In this document: positions 50,586 to 63,193 of the stretch, piece by piece
How positions within the stretch are numbered: the first letter of the stretch is position 1
Layout: each line of letters begins with the position of its first letter
NCBI RefSeq assembly: GCF_963921235.1
Contig: NC_086097.1
Span: forward strand, 127,660,001-127,724,000
Reading direction: 5' to 3'
From: Mobula hypostoma
Lineage: Eukaryota
Length of the DNA stretch: 64,000 bases
Notes under the pieces: model-generated
Told to the model about the DNA's origin: nothing
Seen by the model: only the letters and a program-made list of their open reading frames with translations
Databases searched by the model: none
Translations under genes and position numbers: made by a program

Positions 50586-51084
50586 TGAGGCTACAGAAAG
50601 GAGTTAGTACCACTGGAGAAGAAAACAGAGTCAATATTCAGGGCTAATGATTATTCATTAGGATTGCAAAAGAAAGTTCTGAATTTCATTCTCTCTTCTT
50701 GTACACATGATTTTCAATTTAAAATGAAAAACTTATCTACTTATTGACACTGTCCATTAAATAAGGTTTTCAGTATGGCATTTCTTACAATATCTGATTT
50801 GTTACTTAATGTTAGTGGACACGAAAGGTGAGCTTTCCAATATCAGTCATTCTTTCCAATAGGTACAATGTCTGTTGGTTGCTCAAAGGTGTGTAGGTCA
50901 TGACGCTCTGGCAGGATAGTGTCACTTGAATAGATAACCATGAGATTCAGCAACTTCAAATCAGAAAAATGAGGAAAATGGAAAATAAGCCAATGATTAG
51001 CTTAAGGGTATTAATTAGCTTAGTTCTTTGGTACAATGTGTCATCTAGGATTTAGAGCAGTGCCTCTACTTTCTTAGAAATTTG

Positions 51085-51725
51085 CTCCGATTCGGTATGT
51101 CATCTAAAACCTTGACAAACTTCTATAGGTTCACAGTAGAGAGTACCCTGACTGGTTGCATCACAGAATGGAAATACCAATGGCCAGAAATGGAAAAGCC
51201 TACAAAAAGTCGTGGATACAACCCAGTCCATTACAGGAAAACCCCTACCCACCCATGAGCACATCTACAGGGAGCACTGCCACAAGCAAACCGCATAAAT
51301 TGTCGAGGGCCCCCACTATCTCGGCCATGCTTTCTTCTCGCTGCTGCCATCAGGAAGGAGACAAACCAGCCTCAGGTCCCACACCACCGGTTTTTGCCCT
51401 TTGGCCATCAGGCTCTCGAACTAGTGTGGATACGTAACTTCACTCGATACTAACCAGATTCAACAACCTATGGACTCACTTTCAAGGACTCTAAATTCAT
51501 GTTCTGAATGTTATTTATTTATATATCGTATTTATTCATTTATTATTATTTTCTACTTGTTTTGTATTTGCAGTTTGTCTTCTTTTGTACTTTGAATTGT
51601 TTGTCAGTTTTTGATTATGGGTAGATTTTCATTGATTCTGTTGCACTTCTTTGTTCACCTTTGTACTGTGTATATTGAGTAGTATATTGTGACATTTATG
51701 TACTTTGATAATAAATTTACTTGGA
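51085..51725 (+). mobile_element. Rex1/Babar-type LINE 3' fragment
   Basis: acaaacttctataggttcacagtagagagtaccctgactggttgcatcac = TNFYRFTVESTLTGCIT; tail tactttgataataaatttact. Confidence 0.8.
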
Positions 51726-52577
51726 TCTTTGACGATTAGCCCCTTCATGTTCTTACCTAACAACCTGTGCTGAACTCAGAATGATTGCTTAAGGGTGTCC
51801 TTCCTGAAATTGGTTCAGCTGTATTTGTGTATGCAGCACTAAACCACTCTCACAGCAGCACAATCAACTAAAATTTGATATTTGGATGCTCGAAAAATTA
51901 TTAAGATCTTTAGCCTAACATAAATCTATCAGTTACAGTTTGAGAATTTTGATTTACCCTAAACCACAATATCTTTCTTCTACCTGCATAACTTGGGTCC
52001 AAATTTGAAGTTTTACCCTCACTTCTATACTCCTGCAATCAGAAGAAATGCTTTTTTTTGTCTATGTTGTTTTATTCCTCAGTCATGTTAAGTCTTTAAA
52101 TTCCATTTTTAAAAATTTTATTTATTGCAAGAATACAAGCCTATGTTCATAATTTTCTTCTAAGAAACTTCATGTGTTTGTAAGATAGCTTCCATCACAT
52201 ATCTCCCAGCCTATCTGAGGTAAAGAACAATATTCTGATTGCTATGGAAGTTATTTGCTGTATATGCTGATTGACTTTCTCTGAGTCTCTGTCTGAAACC
52301 CATTTACCTCTACTCCACTATAGAGCTTTGTGTCTAATTTAGCGAATAGCCTGATCTATCTCTTTTGGGTCCAAAGAGAGTGACATCACACTTTCTCCTA
52401 CTGAACTCTGTCTGTCACAGTTTTGACCATTCATCATATGTACGGGACCAACTCTGCACTTTTTAAACTGGTCAGGAGATTGATACTAATCTATTGTGCC
52501 CTGCTGAATGTCATCTGCACTGGGAGCCATGAAAAAATAATGAATATTAGATCAATGGTTCCTTAAGGTTGTTACAG

Positions 52578-53135
52578 CTGGGGGTGGTTATGGGCACAAG
52601 CTCCCAGTACCTATTAAATGCTCCCAATGGCATGTGCTTCGAATAGCCTTTGACAACCAAGTCCATCTCCTGGCCTTCATGTGTGGCTTAGCTACTAAGC
52701 CCGGTAGAACTGTTTCTACTGACAGAAGAAGGGTCGAAGGTGGGTTACTGGCACCTTAAAACCAGTCACTTTGGGCAGATGGGGCTCATCAGCCATGGTT
52801 GGCAGCTCATCTAGGAGAAGGAAAACTCTGATCTCAAACCTCCGCTGCCTTGCAGCTATATCCACTCACGGGGAAGGCTTCGGGAGTAAACCCCAAGGGA
52901 AAAATCCAGAGCTGAAGTACCTAAGACAGTCCTACATTGAGTTTAATGCTGACTGGCAACTCCTGCGATTTGCTGGTGCCAAACTGTATCGGTCTCTGCC
53001 GGTCCTTTGGATTCATCAGATGTGTGGAGAGGGGGAGCTTGCTACATGGGCAACAACTTACTCTCCATATCGTACTGCCCAGGCTTGCATATCTCGACAG
53101 CCAGGATGTTCGACCCTGACTGACAGAGGCCTCAC
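52578..53135 (+). mobile_element. RTE 5'UTR-derived non-autonomous repeat (family B)
   Basis: Contains tctaggagaaggaaaactctgatctcaaacc, typical of RTE/Expander 5' regions; second copy inverted at 59413-59916. Confidence 0.7.
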
Positions 53136-53475
53136 TCACTGGAACAACAAATCTCTGTACTCTTAGTCTAAATTTATTAAGTAATTGCAAAATTCATTTT
53201 TTTCCTTGGGTGATGTTCACCCATCAACAAGGACATCTTCAAGAGATATCACTAAAGACTAGAGATGCCACCATCAGTCACTAAAGACCCTCACCATCCG
53301 GGTCATGCCCTCTTCTCGTCACTACCATCAGGAAAGAGGTAGAGAAGCCTCAAGACCCACACTCAGTGATTCCAAAACAGCTTCTTCCCCTCCATGGTCA
53401 AATTTATGGTTAATCCTTGAATTCATGACAATAACCTCATCATTCCTCTTTTTGCACAATTTCATTTTGTCATTT

Positions 53476-53788
53476 TGTGTTGGCGCATGGCCAAGTGGTT
53501 AAGGAATTGGTCTAGTGATCTGAAGGTCGCTAATTCGAGCCTCAGCTGAGGCAGCGTGTTGTGTCCTTGAGCAAGGCACTTAACCACAGATCACTCTGCG
53601 ACGACACTGGTGCCAAGCTGTACCAGCCCTAGTGCCCTTCCCTTGGACAACATCTGTGGCGTGGAGAGGGGAGACTTGCAGCATGGGCAACTGCTGGTCT
53701 TCCATACAACCTTGCCCAGGCCTGCGCCCTGGAAACCTTCCAAGGTGCAAATCCATAGTCTCACGAGACTAACAGATGCCTATATATA
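53476..53788 (+). mobile_element. tRNA-derived SINE family A, full length, inserted in a LINE tail, 13-bp TSD
   Basis: A box tggccaagtgg, B-box-like attcgagcc, core gtgtccttgagcaaggcacttaac, (ta)n tail. TSD cattttgtcattt at 53463-53475 and 53789-53801. Confidence 0.9.
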
Positions 53789-55331
53789 CATTTTGTCATT
53801 TACAGTAACTTTATGTCTTACACCGTCCTGTTGCCATAAAGCAACAAAGTTCGTGTCATCCAAATTAGTGATACTAAGTTTGATTCTGATTCTGAACCAC
53901 AATGGCTTGGAACTTTGATTGCTTTCTGATCACTCTTTAATCACATTGACGTGTGTTACAGAAAGCAATGTAACAGCCTGCATTAAAACTTTAGGTGGCA
54001 TCTATGCATGCAGAACTGGTTATATTATCCACAGTACATTTAATATCACTGCTAACACATTGGACCATAGAGGTTTGAGAAAGAAAGAGGACATGCTATA
54101 GGCTGAAAAGCAGACTTGATGACAGGGAAAGGGCCTGACCATATAGGTCTTAAAAGGTTATGAAGGCTACCTTACCTACATCTTTGTTTGGCAGTCTGAT
54201 ACAGAGATGAGTCAGATCTGATGGAACAATGATCCTCACTATCCTGATGAAATCTTTCATTTTTTTAAGGAGTCAGTTCATAAGCATTTAGCCTGATCTT
54301 TGAACATCTGCCTCTGTCTTGACCATCTCCAACAGGGCACTGGAGAAACAGATCCCCTGCTTATCTGGGATCCAGCTTGATTCAATAGAAAACTGCCTCT
54401 CTAAGAGCTCCAGCCAGGAACGAAGAGTCAGCCGGCTCACTTGAAGTTCTCCATTAGCTCACACCTTCCAAACAGAGGTTGCTATTTGCAATTATGCGAT
54501 AGTCACTGTGCATGCACAAAATGCCTTACAGAATTTGCAGTGATAATACAAATTCTCGGGTAACATGGGACAACCATTCCTGCACAGTATCCCATTAACC
54601 AATTCTTCAATAACGAGGTCAGTGACTTTGATCTAACAAAGGTTCTGCAGTTAAACCACACATTGGTTTTTTTAAAGTAATTCAATCTCATGCACCAAAC
54701 CTTCATTTCTCCTACAGATATCCACCTTAAACCGTGAAAGGCACACTATAAAATCCTTGTACCTTATTCTGTACCAGCGCTGGACTTTTTTCTGTAACAG
54801 TAACTAACATTTTATTCTGCATTCTGCTCTTGCCTGTCCCTTTGTACTACCTTGGTGTACTGATGTTTTGAAATGATTGTTATTTATGGATGGCATGCAA
54901 AATAAAGTTTCTCACTATATCCCAGAGCATGTGATAATAATAAACCAATTACTAATTATACATTTTAATTTACTTACATCTACAGCCTTTACTAGAGAAG
55001 GGGACTGTTATATTACAATATATCTGAGATAAACAAACAGATCTAACTTTCAGATTCTGTTGTAGAAGCATTCCAATATTCTTTGAATTTGTGGTCCCCC
55101 GGAAAATTTCAACCTTGCAGTATCTTGACCTTCAAATGGTTAAAATCATACTTGATTGAGGTAATTTGTTGCTTCCTCACGTTGCCTGCCCACCCACCAT
55201 TAGCCCTGCCAGCAATATGCTAATGTGTCACATTAAACAACTTTGGCTCCCTGATGGAGATTTCCTGCTATTGACCAGACTTTGATCTAATGTGAATGAG
55301 CACCTCTGCAACAGCAGCAGTGAGCGCTTAC

Positions 55332-55449
55332 CTCGCAATAGTCGCTCACAACCTTGAAGCTGTGCAGTTTTACAAGGGCATCGAATTGACACGGAGCAGC
55401 TTGATAAACCAAAAAAACCCATGCACGGCACTATCAGTTACCAGTCAGT
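55332..55449 (-). other. Candidate exon (5'UTR plus ATG at 55422; MGFFGLSSCSVSIRCPCKTAQLQGCERLLR, phase-1 donor)
   Basis: Strong donor gag|gtaagc and acceptor tttgcag|, in non-repetitive sequence retaining CpGs; protein not recognised. Confidence 0.25.
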
Positions 55450-55934
55450 CTGCAAATTCATGAAACAGGCTGTGCAAGGCAGAGGATGTGAAATATTCCC
55501 AGCAAAGCAAAAGGCAGCTACAGCAGCCCAGCAACATATGGTGAAATAAAATCTGTTCGTTCTTTAAGTACTTGAATGTTAAACCAGAATTTACACAAAT
55601 CTAAATTTAACACAAGACACTTCATTTTCTTGCAAATGAATTTATTCAGGGCATAGTATCACTAAGGTTAATGGCATATGTGAGGCCATTCAGCCCATCG
55701 TATCCATGCCAGCCAGGCATTAGTTACCTAAAGTCATCCCATTTGCCAGTTCTTGTTTACTAAATGCTTATGTAGGCACTGCTTAAATGTAACGAGTGTT
55801 TCTGCATCTACCAACCTTTCTTTTAGAATTACAGATCTTATACAGCAGGGAAACAGGTTATTTGGCCCACTGTGTCTTACTGACCATCCATTTTATTCTT
55901 CCCATCTCCATGCACTTCTCCCAGTTTCTAACTC

Positions 55935-56130
55935 TCAGCCACACTGGGGAGTTTACGGTGACAAATTAACCTACCTACCAGCACATCTTTGGGACGCAGG
56001 GAGAAACCCAAGCAGTCCAGTTGCAGGGTGAACATGCAAACTCCACAGGGACAGCACCGGAAGTCAGCACCAAGCCCTGGCCGTTGGAACTGTGAGCCGG
56101 CAACTCTATGAGCCACAGCACTGTGCTGCC
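55935..56130 (-). mobile_element. V-SINE
   Basis: Reverse strand: tgtggagtttgcatgttc..gggtttctccctgcgtcccaaagatgtgctggtaggtaggttaatt. Confidence 0.7.
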
Positions 56131-56231
56131 AGTGGCTTCCAGACCATTGTCACTCTCTGAGTGAAAAAAAATACTTAAGCTTTATTGCAAGCCTTGTATG
56201 GATTATGTGTAACCTAGCTGAAGGCCTCAGA

Positions 56232-56400
56232 CAGTCTGCTGGAAGAATTCAGCATCTGTCGGGGAAAAGAACCGTCAGCGTTTTGGGTCAAAGTCTTTCG
56301 ATCTGAAGTGTCAGCAGTTCCATCCTTCCCACAGTTGCTGCTTGACCTGCTGAGTTCCTCCAGCAGAATTGCTGCTCTAGATTTCAGCATCTGCAGTCTC
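56232..56400. repeat. Palindromic Penelope-like repeat
   Basis: Arms ctgctggaagaattcagca and tgctgagttcctccagcag; flank cagcatctgcag. Confidence 0.65.
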
Positions 56401-57221
56401 TTATGTCTCTAGCTAAAGACATCTCTGCCCAGAGAAATATTCACCTCATTTGGGATTCCTAATGTCCAATAAAACTCAGTGAGCCCTCTCTCAATGTCCT
56501 TTACGCCAAAGGCAACAACCTCATTTATTCTAAAGTTGTTGCTTTAAAAAATCCCTGAAATATTTTACCAGACTTCTTCCTAATTCAATAGGAAATCATG
56601 TTCCTGTACTAATTTACTTGACAGGGAAGTTCTGAATGAGCTCCAATTCATTATTCAGTTACTTTGCTGTAGCGGATGTGAAAGCAATGAGTGCAGCATC
56701 ACAAGGAAAGTAGAACATGTGCCCTAAGCATGTTTTTCCCATTTTCTATGGTATAAAGTAATAGTAATCCAGTCCTGCTCCTCCATCTTGTCAATTTGAT
56801 GTTTCCCATACCTTCCACCCCTACATTGTAAAGTCCATTTATTAGGCTTTCATATTTAAAGAACACGAGCACAGTGACTAATCCTAAATCACAAAAATAA
56901 TTTGGATGGTTTTATTAGCATTTTGGAACTGGTAAGATCACCATTCTGGTTGTCCATCCAGACTTGCCTTTAAGAGAAAGGTGGTGAATTGCCATCTTAA
57001 ACTGCTAAAATGCTTGCGAAAACTCCCCCACAGTGCTGTTGGGAAGGGGTTTACAGAGTTTTGACCCAATTCTATTGAAGGATTGGTGACAACTTATCAA
57101 GTTAGGAAGGTGCACATCTTTGGGGGAGGGAGGAAGTGGTGGTCTTCATTTGTGCCTGAAGCCCTTACAATTCTTTGTTTCAGAGGAGTGGGTTCAGGAG
57201 GTGCTGTTGGAATATTCTGCT

Positions 57222-57530
57222 ACCATATGGATTGTCAGAATCTTTTTTCCAGGTTAGACATGTCAAGTAGCATTTAAGCTGAGAAGGGGTAAGTTTAAAG
57301 GAGATATGCCAGAGAAGTATTTTGCACGGAGAATGGTAGGTGCCTGGAATGGGCAGAAGTCATGATGGAAACAGATGCAATAGTGGCATTTAACAGGCTT
57401 TTAGATCAGCAGGTGGATAAGTTGGGAATGGAGGGTTATGGATAATGTGTAGGCAGAAGAGAATCAGTTTAATCTGGCATCATGTTCAGCATGGACATGA
57501 CGAGCTGGAGTGCCTGTTCCTGTGCTTTTG
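57222..57530 (+). mobile_element. CR1 3' fragment
   Basis: aagtttaaaggagat..agaatggtaggtgcctggaatg..gagggttatgg..cctgttcctgtgct. Confidence 0.75.
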
Positions 57531-58759
57531 ACAGCATATTTGTTCATTCCCTCACTCGAAGATGAAGAAGACATGCTTTCATTTCAGTTCAGAGGTTACA
57601 GATTACGCCAATGAAGGACCTGCAGTATCTTCCACAGATAGAGCAGAAGGTGGCTCTCTTGGTGAACAACTGAGTGGCTTCTGAGGTGCTGAACTTCTTT
57701 TTCGCACAGAGTTTTTGTGCGTTCCTGATTGATAAATGCTCCTTCTCAGCAAGCATGGGCCAGAGGTTCTCAGGATTTGTGGGAATGTTGCACTTCTTCG
57801 TTGTTGCATGCTTAAATCGTGTCCTCTATTGACCGAATAATCTCTTCCCATATCAGAGTTTAGACAAAAAGTGTCTGCTGTAAACATTATAGATCTCCCA
57901 TGACTAAAAGCAGGGTGTTTGGATGCTTGATAGGTCATTGGGGTATCCCAATAATTAGGACTGAGCCATTCTTGGAGACTGCAGTGATGGAATCTGGAAC
58001 AACAACCAAAATGCTGGAGGAACTTAGCAGGTCAGGCAGCATCTGTGGATGGAAATGGACAGTTGATGTTTTGGGTTAAGACCCTGCACTAGGACAGAAA
58101 GATAGAGAGGAGACAGCAGATATAAAGAGGCGAGGGAAAAGGATGTTGCAAAAGCTGGCAGGCGATCAATACAGAAGGGGTGATAAGCAGGTAGACTCAG
58201 AGTTATAGAGCAATACAGGCCTTTCGGCTCAACAAATTCATGCCAACCGGTTGGCCCCAATTTTTTGCTTTCTGCCCATACCCCACTAAGTCTTACCTCA
58301 CCATCAACCTATCAATTACTTCTTAAATTATAATACTGTACCTGGCTCAACCACTTCTTCTGGCAACTTGTTCCATATACTCACCACTCTTAGTGTGGAA
58401 GAAGTTGTGCCTCGGGTGCCTTTTAAATATTCCCTCTTTTGCCCTATATCTATGCTCCCTACCCTGGGGAAAAGATTGTTGCCATTTTATCCATGCCTTT
58501 TATAATTTTATACATTTCTACTTCCATTGCGCCATAAATATGTTACCGCACCAAATGCCATCACAAATTCCCGCCTCTGTACCTCCTTAAAATTGATAAA
58601 TCGATAGTTTTTTCCCCAGAAATATTGGAAGGCCATCTACTTGAGGTATTGAGGAAGTAGTTCATCCTGTCTCGTACTCTTAACAGTCAAGTGGATGGAT
58701 TTCCAAAAACATAGTTCAAGACACTTCGGACATTATAGCAGTGAATTCTAAAATTGCAA

Positions 58760-59270
58760 GTTAACAGTGTTTTCCAGTGTTGTGGGTTTGGTGGTGTTTA
58801 ATGGTGTGTTATGACTGTGTGATTAACAGTGCATTGCAATTTGTGCATTTAACTGTGTGTTACAAGATTACGTGTTTAGTAATGGTATAAGGTTATGAGC
58901 TACTTGGTGTCATTGTGAAATTTCTGATATGCTGTAACATAGCACCTTTCCTGGTGTGGTGTGGCATAACATGTTTCCTGGTGTCTTGTAACATCTCCTA
59001 TTTGCTGTGTGGTATAACATTGTATGCTTCCTGGTATAGTATAATGTTATGTGTTTCCTGGTGTGGTATAAACTTGTGCGTTTCCCGCTGTGGTATAAGT
59101 TTGAGTGTGCCCTGGTTTTCTTCCTGATCCTGCTGTGCTATAACTCTCTGTGTTTACTGCTGCGATATGACTGTGTTTCTGGTGTATTATATTATTGCTT
59201 GTTTCCTGGTGCAGTAAAATGTTGCACCTTTCCTGGTGTGGTACAGCATTACATGTTTGCTGGTGCCTAA
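58760..59270. repeat. Highly degenerate ~27-bp tandem repeat
   Basis: Recurrent tttcctggtgtggtataac..ttgtgtg motif, e.g. at ~58947, 58974, 59027, 59054, 59080, 59202 and 59229. Confidence 0.7.
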
Positions 59271-59412
59271 CGACTCACACACAGTGGTTTATGAACAGCT
59301 ACTTCCCCCCTGTCATCATATTTCTCAGTGGTCAATGAACCCACAAATACTACACTCTCTATTCATTCTTTGCATTATCTATTTTTTGTAACACATAGCA
59401 CAGTGCACTGTG

Positions 59413-59916
59413 AGGTGAGGGCCTCCGTCGGTCAGATTTGACCATGGGTATTGTGTCCTAGCTGTCTCGGTACGCAAGCCTGGGCAGTACAATATGGAGG
59501 ACAAGCTGTTGCCCATGTAGCAAGCTCCCCCTCTCCATGCAACTGATGAATCCACAGGAACGGCAGAGACCGATACAGTTTGGTACCAGCAGCGTTGCAG
59601 GAGTTGCCAGTCAGCATTGAATTCAATGTAGAACTGCCTTAGAAACTCCAGCTCTGGAGTTTTCCCTCGGGGTTTACTCCCGAAGCCTTCTCCGTGAGTG
59701 GGATAGCTGTAAGGCAGTGGAAGTCTGAGATCAGAGTTTTCCTTCTCCTAGACGAGCTACCAACCACAGCTAACGAGCCCCATCTGCCCGAAGCGACTAG
59801 TTTTAAGGGGGCAGTAACTCGCCTTTGCCCTTTCTCCTGTCGGTAGAAATGCTTCCGCTGGGCTCAGTAGCCAAACCACCCGTGAAGGCCAGGAGCTGGA
59901 CTTGGTTGTCAGAGGC
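59413..59916 (-). mobile_element. RTE 5'UTR-derived repeat (family B), second copy
   Basis: Reverse complement of ~52645-53135. Confidence 0.8.
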
Positions 59917-60004
59917 TGTACTATATTGCTGCCAAAAAAAATAACACACTTGATGACATATGACAGTGGTAATAAACTTGATTCTGATTGTGAAGCAGCT
60001 CTGT

Positions 60005-60285
60005 TACATCTGTTTCCACTACCAGCTCTGGCAGCAATGTTCGGGGTCCCTACCACTCAATGTGTGAAAAGTTTGCCCTGCGCATTCTCCTCTCTTTAAA
60101 GCTATATCTTCCATTATTTGACATTTCCACTCTGTGAAAAATATACCAACCATCTACCCCACCTATTATTCTCATAATTTTATAAACATTTTTCATTTTC
60201 TCTACCCTCCTATTTCTGTACTTGTTGGCATGTGGCACTGGGAGAAACCCTGAGATTATCGCACTTGAGGTGTTGCTTTGTAAAG
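60005..60285 (-). mobile_element. Internally deleted CR1 remnant (ORF1 esterase piece joined to the ORF2 C-terminus)
   Basis: IISGFLPVPHANKYRNRR, then VYKIMRIIGGVD..FHRVEM..ANFSH. Confidence 0.65.
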
Positions 60286-61006
60286 TCCATGCTGCCTGCT
60301 CGCAGGAATTTGTCATTGTAGCCCTCCCTGCTGGAAAATGTTTTCATGTCCGTTTGGTTGTGTACAGTTGGGCAGTAGCATAAAACTGCAGAAGCAATTA
60401 AAAGAAGCACAGTGATAATTAAAGCTGTTGATGCATCTCCAGCTCAGTATTTTCTTTTCATTAGTCATACACTTTAGAATTTCACTACAGATGTTTTTCA
60501 TTCGTGAACCTACATACGTTAATCTTGGCACATAGATTTGGGATAAAGCAGCTGGTTGATGGAGGCTGGCCGCGTTGCATGGCCAATCAAAGGAGAAATA
60601 AAATATTCAAATATAAATAGACTGCGACCCAGAGATTACCTCCCTGGGCACCATAACAACAAGGTTGCATCAACACTAAAATGGATCAAATCATGAGTTT
60701 TACAAGAGTGGTTGGAAGAAGGAAAGGTTGTAAGTTCTGAACTTCCTGACATTTAAACTGAGTAAATATTTGCAGTGTACTACTGATTTACCAGCTAGAT
60801 CAGCCTATTGTTTAATCTGCATTGCTCTATTAATTAATAAATTCTTATTTTTAAATTTCTTTCCAGCTGGGCTTCATAAAGTCGCTCTACTTCCACACTT
60901 TCTGTTTTAATACAGATAATTAATTCTTCAATAAAAGAATAATGTATGTCAGTAAAGGGTTTTTCTATGAATGTAACAGATTAAAGCTGTCTCTGAGATA
61001 TTGGTT

Positions 61007-61308
61007 ATAGAAACATAGAAACATAGAAAATAGGTGCAGGAGTAGGCCATTCGGCCCTTCGAGCCTGCACCGCTATTTATTATGATCATGGCTGATCATC
61101 CAACTCAGAACCCCGCCCCAGCCTTCCCTCCATACCCCCTGATCCCCGTAGCCACAAGGGCCATATCTAACTCCCTCTTAAATATAGCCAATGAACTGGC
61201 CTCAACTGTTTCCTGTGGCAGAGAATTCCACAGATTCACCACTCTCTGTGTGAAGAAGTTTTTCCTAATCTCGGTCCTAAAAGGCTTCCCCTCTATCCTC
61301 AAACTGTG
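61007..61308 (-). mobile_element. Young-looking CR1 3' end
   Basis: HSLRIEGKPFRTEIRKNFFTQRVVNLWNSLPQ..GIRGYG is open, CpGs are retained, and there is a (tttctatg)n tail. Confidence 0.93.
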
Positions 61309-62954
61309 GCTCATAACTCTGGTTTGAACAGGAAAACACAGAAAAATGGCAATTTCCTACATTGTGACATTTTGTTACCTCTATAGAAAGGTGTGGTATG
61401 TGAATGTGGCTCATTCATCGTCCCACATCCAGTCTGGGAGCTCAAGAAGCAGAACCTGGCCAACTCTACAGTGCAAATCAGAACGATGAGAAACCTAGCT
61501 TTCAGTTAGAAACATTTCTGAACACTATCCACGATGCAGTATTCAGTGGAGAACCCTGGGCACAATCAGCTAATGATCTTATTTTATGAATGTTGGAGGA
61601 AATGAGAAGTTCTGATTTGAATTCAAGTAATAAATTATGAAGTCAGAATGTGGCAACAGATCGTGAATTCTGTTCAAGCACATTGTAGATTTCTTCCACT
61701 TCAAAGTATGACAAATAAACAGATGTAAGGTACGTTTGATCAATGCCTTTTCCTTTATAACGTACAAGCAAAGAGAAGTCAGTACACTTAATGATGTGGC
61801 CTGCTATTAATCGTAACACATTGCCACTATGGAAAATCTAGCCCTGCACTATACACTATTATCACGTTTGATTATAATGATGTCTGGTTTAGTGGAATAA
61901 GTGCTGCATTGTCAGACATGCCACTTTTGCCTCTAACTTCATCATGCCCAAATTCCACAATTAAGTATAAAATGTAGGCTGACTATCACTCTGCATTTCT
62001 ACCAGTCAGAGATGCCAGGGTGTAAAAGATACTATAGTATTCTTTTGACGGAGAACAGGGTAAATGCTTCTGGGCCTGGTCCTTTTATATTGCCGCTGTG
62101 GATTTTGCTGTTGTGTTTCCTTTATGGTAACAGAAGTGTTTCCTTAGTTACAAATTAGGACCACTGAAATTATGAGATGAATAATATTATTGCAAATCTT
62201 CCTCTCTTTTCGTTACATCCTCGGAATCTGATCCAGAGGGAGCTTCTGGAATAACCTTTTCTCCCACAAGGACCATAAAACTAATATCGTTTGTGTTATT
62301 CTAATTATCCTTTTAAGATGTTTACATCCAACTACCAAGTGTCATGCTTTTCTGTCATCCTGTTTATTTTCAATAGGTAGCAACAGCACCAAATCAGCAC
62401 AATAACCAAATTAATGCAAATAGGTCAACCAGTGCAGTGGAAAAATCAGGAGATGAAATCTAATCTTTATGTGTCGATAGTCATTATGTTCATTCCTTTT
62501 TAAGAGATGGCTGTGATAAGGAAATAAGAATAATTTGCTTGTCACAAATAGACTTATAGTTCCCCTACTGTTATTTAACCAGTGGATATGTTCAGAGTAT
62601 ACTTCAAATAGTTCACATTGCTTATATGGGCTATACAGGTTAAGCAATTTATCTGACTCAAGGGACCTCCCAATCCTCTGAAAGTGGCTAGTGCTTCCTA
62701 GGAGATGGCTTCTCTCGGGAAATGTTAAGTGTCTCAAATAATTTTAGATCATGAAAAATATAACAAACTTTCTGTAAAAATCATAGAGTCACAGAGCTGT
62801 GCAATCATACAGCCTTTGGAATACCTGGTCCATACCAACCAAGATAGCCATCCAAACTGGTTCCATTTGCCAACATTAGTCTTATATCCTTTGAATCCTT
62901 TCCTATCTGTGCACCCATCCAAGTGTCTTTTAAAAGTCGTTAAAAATCAGAGCC

Positions 62955-63193
62955 TGGGTGCTAAAGGTGCATCTACTAAATACTGACTTGAGTAATTATG
63001 CAATCAATTATTTTGTGTTTAATAATTGTAATAAATTTAGACCAATTTTGTTGTCATTTTGATATGAAAGAGTCTTCTCTGCTGATCAGTGTCAAAAAAG
63101 CCAAATTAAATCCATTGTGATTCAATGGTGTCAAACAATAAAACACAAAAACTTTGGGGGGGGGGTGTGGGTGAATACTTTTTATAGGCACTG
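62955..63193 (+). mobile_element. Tc1/mariner 3' end (transposase C-terminus and right TIR)
   Basis: gctaaaggtgcatctactaaatactga = AKGASTKY*. Terminus gaatactttttataggcactg is followed by TA at 63194-63195. Confidence 0.8.

Noticed and set aside
53480..53555. tRNA gene (also considered at ~25220, 33430 and 42135)
   Set aside because: These are SINE heads: A/B boxes run into SINE cores and no complete cloverleaf is evident.
54241..54262. CTGATGA as a hammerhead core (also at 43071)
   Set aside because: No properly spaced stem II plus GAAA/NUH with flanking helices.
61404..61589. 61-aa ORF as a host exon
   Set aside because: No convincing splice sites or recognisable homology.
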